Shown here in pieces: positions 53,101 through 64,000 of a stretch of 64,000 nucleotides of DNA. Position 1 is the first letter of the stretch, and the number at the start of each line of letters is the position of its first letter. The notes under the pieces were generated by a model, which was given only the letters and a program-made list of their open reading frames with translations, searched no databases and was not told the DNA's origin. The stretch comes from Lytechinus pictus (lineage: Eukaryota), in contig NC_087245.1 in assembly GCF_037042905.1 (NCBI RefSeq), positions 6,760,001 through 6,824,000 of the forward strand. Direction: 5' to 3'. A program made the position numbers and the translations under genes.

Positions 53101-55587
53101 TAATATCAAAGTTAATTTGTTCTATCCTCACATATGATCAATCAGTGTTATAAACAAACACGTCATTTGAAAATGTTCATTTGAATTTCTCTTGGCATTT
53201 AAATTGGATTAGGCCTTTTAAGACCACACACACATGTACCATATTGCTAGAATTGCTAAATCCTACAAATAAATCAGGATGCCTAATCATTGTTTCCTGG
53301 CAATGCTTGTGATGATAACATAAATTAATAAAATCATGAGGCGATTGGCATTCAACACACTATACAATGAGAGGCAAAGAAACTCCATATTGCCAGACCT
53401 GACTATGAGATTTAGATTTTTTGCACAAATAGTGAATTAAAGTACCCATAACTCTTTTAATTTCTTGTTTTATTTATTTTACTTTCGTAGATATCTTCCT
53501 CATAATTTCCAGCAGTCAATTTAAACAAACTCGTTATCAAGGCAGACTTTCATTCAGAATGCAATACCATCTCTTCCTAAAATCATCATTCATGAATAAA
53601 ACTAGGGATTCTCATAACTTCTACAAAGGAAAAATAATTTAGAGAATGTTATGCATTTGATCAAATATAGTCCACGTCAATCAATTGCTAGAAATGATAA
53701 TACTGGGTTGTGAAACTAGAAAAGAGGAAACAAGTATTTGTAATAGTGAGAAGAATGAATCAAAAGTACACAGCAATCTGACCATGAAATTATTTTACAT
53801 GTGATACTCACCAATATCTTTATGTTACATTAAAAATGATTGACACAAAGTGGAATATGTTACGTGAATTTGGCAGATATTTTTTCTTCTCAATTCCGGT
53901 CTAGGATTTTGGTTGAAATACATGTAAGAAATTACCAATTCCAATAAATGTTAATGATCAGTTTAATTAAAGAAGTAATAAATAAATGTAAAATATGAAC
54001 TTATTTTTTGTTGTTAATTACATTACATCCACAATATCCACACTCTTTGGCAAAATGAGGGCTATGCTCAGTTTTGTACAAATTCTCTTTCAATATGAAA
54101 AGAGTTTGGTCACCTTGTTTATAAAAACAATTGAAAAACTGCTATTTTACATCTGGGTATTATACCACTTGCAAAAGGTAATCAATGGATAATTCATCAG
54201 AGAAAGATAAACATAACACAAAAGAAGAAAAGTGGACTATTCTCATGTCCTGTCTCATGTGTATCAATTGCACTACATTTTAAATGGCTGTATGTATATA
54301 TAAATATTGCATACATAAATAAAATAGAAATTACATATATTTTTAATAAAATGCTACAATATGTCCAACCAAACAAATGAAAATCAAGAGTAGGATTAAT
54401 GAGGTATACATAAATCTAAATTATAAACAAATCCAGAGTTTGATGGGCTCACAATGAACATTAAAAAACAAACAAACAATACAAGTATTACCAAATGTTA
54501 TAACTACAAAAGAATTGGGCACAATATGTCATTTAACAAACACTCTCCAAGGATGTGTTAATTCACACACAAACTTGCCTGTCTCAACTATTATTCAAAT
54601 TTACAAGTCAACCATTCATATACAGATAAAAGTATTCTTTGAGGCTAAAAGGCTATAGATGCTTGTACATGTACTTTCACTGGTATAGCTAAGGAATGTC
54701 ACATTATAAATAATTTTCAATCATTCTAAATCAATTCATTATGAACAATATACCATAATTCTACTTTCAACATTCTCCTTCCACAAAATAGAGAAAGTTA
54801 GTAAAAATAAATTGACATACTATCACTAGAATGTATAGTATTACATATGAACATTAATATAGCTGGCTTACTCACACACAAAACAATTCTCTCAAAGTTT
54901 ACCCTTTTCTATAACTGAACTTTGACCTCCCAAGTCGCTTTGTCATCAACAAACAAGTTATACAATCGGGGGAGGTGGGGAAGGGGCAAACAATTTGCAC
55001 TTTTTTTCAATAGAGTAGATTTAATTGCTACATATCAATACTGATATCATCATATAGTTGGACGGGTTAAATTTTAAAACCATGGCAGGGTCAGTTCATC
55101 TACGTGCACATCACATGTCCACATGACACAAATGCTGTAGCAAATGCTAGGGCAGGATGATATGTAATACGAGCAGGAGACTATTGAAGTCTGTCCAGAG
55201 CCTTTTAGTCATAGCTGTTATCAATGAAGGAAATGGAGTTCATGTGTCAGATTTCCAATTTACTTTTCTTGTGCTAATAAAGGTGAGTTAAATTGCATGA
55301 ATACCAATTAACAAAGAGTGTATTTTGATTAAATTCCAATGCTGATGTTTAGCCTGTACAAAAGGAACTGCAGTTGAAACCCAACCAAAAAAAACTAATG
55401 GTTTCCCAACATGCCGGCAAGATGGCACTCAACTCAACTCATGATGGCGCTCTTCAAATTCCATGAGTGTAAATCATCAATTTGGTTACTGCAAGAACCA
55501 ACATTGCATTCAATTAGAGAAAAGTCAGATTTAGCATGGCTATGATTATCAAGAAATGTTGATCATTTCAATTTACTCTTACTCACA

Positions 55588-55618
<31 letters not shown>

Positions 55619-56276
55619 GGATTGTATACAGGCATATAAATTGATTGTAATCTAAGAATTTTCTCTGTATTTTACTAGAAATATAGAATATGCAATATCT
55701 TAAAATCCAATTACCACATACTGAATGATTATCACTAGGGGAATATCATCTCATTTCATACATGACTATATCTATGTGAATATGACCAAGTGTCAAAAAA
55801 TATAGAAGATTAGAAAATGAGTAGCATTGTGTATGTGAAAGTGCATAAGACTACTCTCTTTGATGATGATGTAAAGGCACTCATTCCTATGTCATGTAGT
55901 ATATTACCATTCACAACCTAGTAGTGAGGAAGAGTTAGCTACGGAATAAAGGTGATAAAACAGCCACTCATAATTACTGATATACAATACATTGTTCTTC
56001 ATAGCAACCTCATCTTACATGGTTTCTTTAACCAATCTATACACTATACACATAATACCCATTTTGAACATGACACCTACAAACATTTTACTAAGACTTA
56101 GATTCGGTCCTCTGAACATTTATTTGTACTAGTTGACAATGTGATGATTCTTGCTAGTGGCTGAGGTGAAATGTGAACTACTTCCTTACTGTGGTGTTGA
56201 GGTGATCAATCAGTCATCTTAAAGCTATTAGATTTACGCTACACACTGCTCAGAATGCATGCCTCTGAACCAATCA

Positions 56277-59200
56277 TCATACCCTGCTACCATTATCATA
56301 GGATGCTATTGAGAGATCTGTTCTAGAGTTCTCCACCTTGGCCTCACTCTGCTCCGGGGATTCAACCTTCTCTACTAAAGGTTTACTTGGTTTGTACAGC
56401 ACCGCAGCAAGTATGCAGAATAGGATGGAGAGAAGTTTGAGGACAACCAGCAAAGTCAGTGTGTAACGGCTGAAGAGGGAATTGTTGTAGGTCCAGCATT
56501 TGCGGCTACCGTTAGACTGGTGCTCCCATAGCAGGCATGACTGGTCAATGAGGGCGCCAAACACAACTGGGCCTGGTACGCTACCTGTTTTTTTTTTTGT
56601 CACATGGGAAATTAATCAATTGTAAATGGGCTTTGTAGGTGATATGTAAGGTTAAAGCCTTTTTTTCAGCTTGGTAAATCCCCCCTAAAACGGGCCACAA
56701 TTTGAACTTATTACTACATTATATGAATGAAGTAACATGAAAATTTATTTTAATTGGGTCTCTTGGATTGATTTAAAATAACTGCTTTATCGTTTTTCTA
56801 TATATTAAACCACTTCTCAAGCATGGAATGGACAACAAATTTCAGGACATAATCGTCTGTAGTTTTTTAATATCCAATCACTAATTGTGTGAGAAAAATG
56901 CTAAAAAAGGACACTCTTAGAGATAAAAAAGAAGGGCATTTCTGTAGATTCAAAATATCTAACAGGATTCAACAGTCAATGCAAATTTTATTAAGGTTGG
57001 GGCATCAATGATCCTGAAGTATAATAAATATTATTACCAATCATTACATGGACTTTTAACTTCAAAGATAAAATCAGGACCACCTGGATAACAAATATGA
57101 TCTTTGTCTTTGTAAAGATCTCTATCCTCAATGCATCTGATCTTTATAATTCTAGTGCAAAGTACAACTGATATACTGGTATAGTTTTATACTTACCAAG
57201 TAGCCTGAACATCAATGACTGTAGACCAAGGGCATAGGTCCGCTGAGATCTTGAAACAACTCTGAATTGAAGACAAATTTATTGAAATTTATATTTCAAT
57301 CACCAAATGAGAGTTTAATATCTTAAAAGAAAGAAACTTAAGTACTGTATAATTGAATTCGGACAACTAAAGATAAAACATGCATTCTAGCACAATATCT
57401 CTTTCTTTTCCATGTCATACTAATAGGCCTTTCATCTCAGTGGGGTTTTTTTAACACATATTCCCCCATCAAAATATTAATGTTATTTTTTCACAAAACC
57501 TTGCAAGGATATATCTTGGTCCATGAGAGATTGCGACATCAAACAAGGATACACAAAAACATATCCGATTATTTTGTAATTAGAACTTCCTAATTTCAAG
57601 TCATCTAAATCAATCAATTAATCAATTCAGAAATGTGTCACTTCACTAAATCTTGGTCTGTGTTGAGTTACTGAGCTTGTTTGCAAGTTTGTGATGTTGT
57701 CTTGTTGAAGAACAGTCTATTTTGCTAGTTGTTTTGTTGTATAGAACTAAATCCAATGCAATGTATCCTATCCAAGTCTTACCTTAGGGTTGCTGTTATC
57801 ATTGGAACAGTGGCCAAGAATGTGAATGTAATCATGAGGAAGAGCAGGGCAAAGAATGGTGCTCGTAGAGGGCAGTCTGATATGCATCTCCCTGACATAG
57901 CGCCCCCTCGTGCTAAGGGATTGCTAGTAACATTATTACTCATAACACAATGGCATTCATGGTATCTCTAAAGATGCACAGAAGGAAAAAAAAGATGAAA
58001 AGATAGCATTACAAAAGGCTTCTTTATGCTGTAGTGATGAACAACACATTTTAATTTTTGAAACTTCTCAATCACAAGACAAGTTAAAAATTGCAATTTA
58101 ACTTATTTAAATTACTTATATTATTGTTTAAGGATTGCCCATTGTCCACATGAAAAGAGTAATCAAGGAACCATAAAAATGATGGAGTTAGTGATGTATA
58201 AAGAGGTGATACTATCGGGGGGGGGGGGGCAGATGACAGCTAGTGCTCCCCCTTATGGTAGTGAAAAGTAGAGAAAAAAGATGGGGGGGGAGGAATCAAA
58301 GAAAGAGTATAAAAAGACATTTCTAGAATGTAAAATGGGTTATCACTACATGTATTCTTCAAACAAGAAAAAAATGATGGCACTGTTAGGTCTGATGGTC
58401 CCCCCAACAAAATATACTTTGTATCTGCCCCTTGAGATTAATTTTCAATAAGCTTTCGTAAGTCAGACTACAGAAATGCATGAGCAAAATGGATAAATCT
58501 ATCAAGATTAAGGGCTTCAAAAAGACACATGTGGTGACCAATATCGATCATTAACAAAATTGAAATGACAAGATATAGTGTGAGGTCTATTAGTCATTTA
58601 AAATGGCCTTGGCTCTCGGCCAGATAGCACAATGAGATATATTCCTCTTGTGTGAGTAAAAGGACGGGAAATGATCTAAGTCCATCCAAAAAGATGAGTA
58701 AAAACCAAAACCAAGTGTAACATGTAATGGTAGAAACTATTTTAAGTGTGGAAACTGTTTCTCCCCCTGGTTCAAAGGAACCTATTACATGTATATCGAG
58801 CCAAAGATATGCCTGCCTCTACACTTTGTATTCATACAAAAACATGGAATGGTCAAGCAGTACACATGTATTTAAGATTTACAGAGCACAAAATCAGAGA
58901 TATCGCTATGACCACACTATCCTCTATATTCATACATACATCATGACAGTCCAGGTAGTGTTGATGTGTATTTTAAAGAGCATACTTGTAAGCCTATGCC
59001 AGTATCCATACAAACAGCATGACTGATTTGTATTCAAGATTCAAAGATCATACAATCAGAGATATGCTCACCTCTACACTATATTCTGCACTACCATCTG
59101 CATTTATATAGCTTGCATATTACAGGCTGAATATACTACATCACAAGTATTTAATATTAAATAGCATGAAACCACAGATATGCTTACCTCTACAATATCC

Positions 59201-62200
59201 TCTGTAGCATTTATTTGTATTCATGAAGCCGTAGAAGAGACTGAATAGTACATGATAAGTATTCAAGATTTAAAGAGTATGAAATCAGAGATATGCTTAC
59301 CTCTACACTCTCCTCTGTATCTTCTACTGTATTCATACAGCCAGCATGACAAGCAGAATAGTACATGATATTATCTTCTCCGCATACAGGTTGGAAGTCA
59401 TTACCACAGTGACAGTCAGCGTTACAACCTGCAGTAAGATTAGCTTCTTTACCACTGTATTTCATCGTCCTATAAGAAAACAAAAGACTTAATGAATATA
59501 CATGTTGACTTACCATCATTGTCCTAGCCTAGAAGTCTGCAGGAACTATTGGTTTTCACAAGTGCACAATGCAGGGTCTAAAATACGAGACTAGATTTAC
59601 AGGAGCTGATTCTAGACACATCCCATTTAGATTCTAGTCTTCATACTAGGCATGTTATTAATTGTTAAAGTGTCATATTTGAGTCTGTGCTAGCAGAATA
59701 CCAGTACAGCACTTATATGATATACAAAGACCTTAATCAGATTACATGTACATATAAATTTGTTTTACTTGATGGTAAAGACAGAAAACTTTAATGAACA
59801 TGATGGTAATAGTCTGTATCAGTCATATACATGTAAGAGTGCTATTCAACCAATAAGAAGTTTTTACCCATTCCCATAATTCACAGTGACTCCAGCGAAG
59901 GAAGCATTGGGGCAGCTGATCATGAACGTGAAAGTGAGCAGAAATGATGCACAGAGAGCAACCAGTACAAACTTCATCATCCCACGGAACTTAAGATCAA
60001 ACCGTTTCACGATGTAACCTCCAACCAACGCACCCAGCACACTGGACGGAGTAACAAGCAAGCCTGGAAAAGATGAGACCAAAATAACATAAAGAATTAA
60101 GAATTATGATACAATTTCTGACATATACTCACCACGGTTTCATTCCTTGTGCACCAATTATTCATTTTTATTTGGTTGTGGTATGCCAGCGAATCAAAAT
60201 TTCATCAAAGTAATGAAATGATTTATGTATTAGTCAGAATACCATCGCAGTCTCCCACATTTCAGTCCTCATAAGTTGTGCGACACTTTGGTTGTATTGC
60301 ATTTACTTCAAACTTTGATATTAAAGTGAACCTAAAATACATGTGCTATCACTGTCTAATCACTGAAATTAGGTTTTAATCAAGATGGTTCAAGCATTTT
60401 ACGAGTTGGAGTTTCATGTGAAGGGATAACAGCCAAGGGATTACAGATCGAGCATGCGATCTTAAACACATAGGAGTAATGCCGAAAATTTGTTCACAAA
60501 AAAGGATAACAGCCTGTCTTGTAATGATGATCAGATTAACTACAGCTTTTGGAAGGCTGCTTCACAATTTGAGATGGTTTACCCTACACAAAAATATGAA
60601 CAGTAAGGTAAATTTTGTTAATCAGCTGATAATCCCCCCAAAAAGAGTTTATCATATTTATGTAATTGTTTATCTAGCTACATATTTTGTTTAATTTGCA
60701 TATCAGTATGAGACAATAATAAGACTGCATATGCGATGTAGAATTCTGAGTTCTTGAATTCTTTTAAAGAATGGCAGAGTTAAAATATGAATTCAGCAGT
60801 CTAGCAAAGTCTTTGATCTTTGTTGCAATTGTTAGAAAGTGCATGAATGTCAGTCCATACCTGCTGTTATAGCTGCAGAGCCAGATGTCATATTGAACTG
60901 TGATTCTAGATACTTTGGTCCAAAGACAGCAATGGAGGCAAGAGTAAATGTCTCTGTGACAGTGACCATACTGACACACATGAATGCAGGATTCCTGATA
61001 AGCATCCAGGTGGCTCTGGGGAAGTCAATCAGGCTCTCGCTTAAGCCTGCTCGCACCTCAAACTCATGGCCGTTGTGCGCCTCATTTCGACGAAGCTCTT
61101 TGACCTTCTTTGCTCCTGAAAACAAACCATCACAGTATGAAGTTATTGAGGAAAGCTGTGAAAAAGCATATTCACAACATGTTATGCTTAATTTCAAGTC
61201 TCTCTGCTTGTATTCATAAACCTTTATTTTCATTTGATATTTTTTTGCATTTATATCACAATGAGTTGTTTGTTTTGTATCTGACAGATTTGTGGAAAAT
61301 AAAATGAAAACAATATACAATGACAAGACAATTAATTATGGAAATATGCATATTTCTTACAAACCTCTACGGGTAGACCTTCATTTTTACACGAGAATGA
61401 ATCTGATCCTATATTATCAAAACTATATGTGAGCAGTAATTCTATTATTGTGAAATAAAAAAAAAAGATAGTTGTTTCAGATGTCCCTCTCTTAGATTAC
61501 AAGGCCTACATCATCTTATCTATGATGCTCACAGAAAGGAAAATTTTTTACAGAATTGAAAAACAAACAGGGTTATTTACCTGGTAATGAGCGTGTAAAT
61601 CCACACAATGGAATAGCTACTGTAAGAGCTAATACACCAGTAACTAGGAATCCCATCCACCAGGCACCTACCCATACTGGACTCTTAGGTGTGATGTCAA
61701 GTCTATACAGAAGATAAATTAAAACATAATTGTTTTCAATAATAATAATAGTCAATTTTTAGCACAAAGCACATAACTACGTCTCTATGTGCTTCTGCCT
61801 CTAGGCAAGACAAGACAAAGAAAGAAATGCAAATATCCCCCTTTTATTTTCTATAGTTTGTAGTAAAATCTTGAATGTTTTCCATCATTTTATTATCCCA
61901 AGAACTTTTATTCTAATTTCCGTCTGGACGATATATTGCATGGTTTCTATTCCCCGTCAGCTCCAAGCAAAATGAGGAAACTGCATAAAAAGAGCATATT
62001 CTACTCTCATTTGTGAATATCCTTTTGTAATGGTGGTGGCAGACTAGTGGTAGAAACAACGTCATACAGACAAAGACTACAATCAATATTCTCGAAATAA
62101 CAAGAATAAAGAAAACATTGAAGATTATTATCCATGGTGATGGGATCCATGGCTTCATAAATTTGTTTTTTTTTCACACAGACATGATGGAGGGAGGAAG

Positions 62201-63999
62201 CCCTAATGAGAGAGAAAAAACCCCACTCTTTCCACATATACTGTACATGTAGCTAGGTGTTGACTCAGTACTGAATTATTACTAGCTGTATATACCAATA
62301 CGCTCAAGAACACATTGCTATGAATATTTTATTTTTCACAAAATTATTTGATTTTTGAGATTTTATGATTCCTGTGGTGCATGAATGGGCATATGAACCA
62401 TCAACACCCTAACAAAGAGGTCACACAAATACAAACTGAACAAAGGAATTTTTTTAGCATTGCAAGAACTGAACAACAAAAAAAATTGAAGAGGCTTTCA
62501 AGGTTTGGATAATTGCCCAGAAATACATTATCCTGTGCAAATAATTTGACAATGCTGATTGCTAGAAGAGACCAAGGCTATAACAGAAAATATTTGTGAC
62601 TGTTCTAAGCCGGGTATTATGTTTGGTTCATTAGTGTTCTAGGTTAATTTTATGTCATAAAAATCATACAGGGTCATTTTGGCGATAGTGCAAAGCAGAC
62701 ACATAAACAATTCCAAAAGCCAAGAGTATTATTCCAAAATGTTAATGATTATATACCAATTTTTTTTTTTCAAAATCATTGATATATTTTTTCATTAGTT
62801 TTATGCTGTCTCAGAGATAAACCATCAAATTTAGCTGGAGGACATGTAAAATAATATTTCCTCAGGACACTGGTTAATTTTTTTTCTAACTCACAGTCCA
62901 TTAAGTATTTTCTGTAGATTTAAGAATTTGTTGCTTTTTGTTCTTTGTTTTTATTTAATAAATGGCAATTCTCAAATAAAGCTCTTACTTCTCTCAAGAT
63001 CTAGCTCCCTTCGGGAGAAATAACACCAATCAGTTATTGGAAACAACTACCAATATATTTCGATCAATCATGAACACGGTGCCTTTAATTTGTACTTTAG
63101 TAAACACATAGTTTTGTCAGTAGCAATTGTCACTTTTGTTATGGTATGTTCGTATGACCATAGACCTATTTATGCAACAGAAGGAAATACCACTAACTTA
63201 TTTCCTTGTTTGGTACCAGATGGGAAACTGGTGACAGAATCAGGATATATCAGATAGAGTCAAGGTCGGGAATTAACCTTATCTACCGTTCATACACAAA
63301 ATCATTAAGAACTATCAATCTTCTTTTCTATTTTTTTTCCATAGCTATTGTTTAATCAAATGAATAATAAATTGCATTCTCCTTCATGATAATTGACAGA
63401 TAAACTTTATAATAGGTATTTTTTTTTAATTGAAGCATATTCAACTGACATGCATGTACGAACAATACTTTTTTTATAAGAGTTTTTGCAACTAAACTCT
63501 TCATTTCTATCTTCTTTTTTTTAAACTATACATTCAAATGGATTCATGCTCAAATTTCTACCATGTTGTATTTGTGTTTTGTTTACATTGTTCATACGAA
63601 TATGTAATAGGAGGCTGCATTCTACAAGCTTCGCTTTTTAGCAGCTTCCTCCGTTTCCGACCAGATACATGGTTATCTTGATTATTATATATAAAGTTTC
63701 CTTGTTTTATTGATTATAATCATATCAAGATGTATGAACCAAAACTTATTGTAAATGATTGTTGGAAATGGAAAATAAATGAAATGAAATTAAATTAAAA
63801 TGATATTAATTACTTGAGCCAATCATTATACAGATTGCAAGTTCTAGAGGGTTTTGTGCAAAAAAAAATGCTATTAGGGATATGACATTAATTACTTACT
63901 CATCCTTGCTGATAAGTGGGTCTATATACATCCCAAGAAACACACCTCCTAATAGATAACCCAAGGCTGGTCCTAATATGGCAAACGCTTTAAACACAC
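56277..63999 (-). CDS. SLCO4A1: Second OATP/SLCO4-like paralog, 5' part outside window; exons 63999-63900, 61702-61581, 61115-60861, 60063-59868, 59469-59301, 57967-57783, 57261-57197, 56584-56277
   Basis: GT-AG junctions in the same phases as the downstream paralog, with exon sizes 100/122/255/196/169/185/65 vs 97/122/252/196/169/179/65. Motifs: GPALGYLLGG, SPVWVGAWWMGFL, FGPKYLESQF, Kazal CNADCHC..FQPVCGEDNIMYYSACHAGC, FRLLGSVPGPVVFG. Confidence 0.93.
58790..59375 (-). repeat. Degenerate ~113-bp tandem repeat of the Kazal-exon 3' end plus splice donor
   Basis: AGATATGCTTACCTCTACA-like units at 59289, 59176, 59060, ~58897 and ~58805. Confidence 0.75.
60435..60503 (+). mobile_element. 5'-truncated copy of the same short retroelement
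   Basis: CAGATCGAGCATGCGATCTTAAACACATAGGAGTAATGCCGAAAATTTGTTCACAAA matches 7964-8020, has a short A tail, and is flanked by direct repeats GGATAACAGCC (60424-60434, 60504-60514). Confidence 0.85.
63560..63805 (+). mobile_element. 3' end fragment of a LINE (Crack-like)
   Basis: GGAGGCTGC..GCAGCTTCC stem, AATAAA and a (TGAAA)n-like tail. Confidence 0.45.
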
Positions 64000-64000
64000 C

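Noticed and set aside
58790..59375. CRISPR-like regularly spaced repeats
   Set aside because: Eukaryotic intron, the whole unit is repeated (no unique spacers) and there are no cas genes.

Overview
AT-rich, intron-containing animal genomic DNA. The repeat landscape resembles a marine invertebrate deuterostome, probably a sea urchin (inference). Three spliced protein-coding genes can be built by hand. (1) A + strand 3-coding-exon orphan gene (5663-10998) encoding a ~355-aa type II single-pass membrane mucin-like protein. (2) A complete - strand SLCO4-like OATP transporter (29931-19728, 11 coding exons, 743 aa). (3) The last 8 coding exons of a tandem SLCO4-like paralog (63999-56277) with identical intron phases. 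A divergent - strand transcript may start near 2100. Repeats include a decayed CR1/L2-group LINE, a decayed PIF/Harbinger transposon, several MITE families (5-bp-TSD hAT5-like, Tc1/mariner-like TA, foldback) and microsatellites. The most unusual object is a tRNA-containing short retroelement (7539-8055) with Penelope-like inverted plus partial-tandem architecture and a TSD; a second TSD-flanked truncated copy lies at 60435-60503. Most ORFs in the supplied track are spurious.
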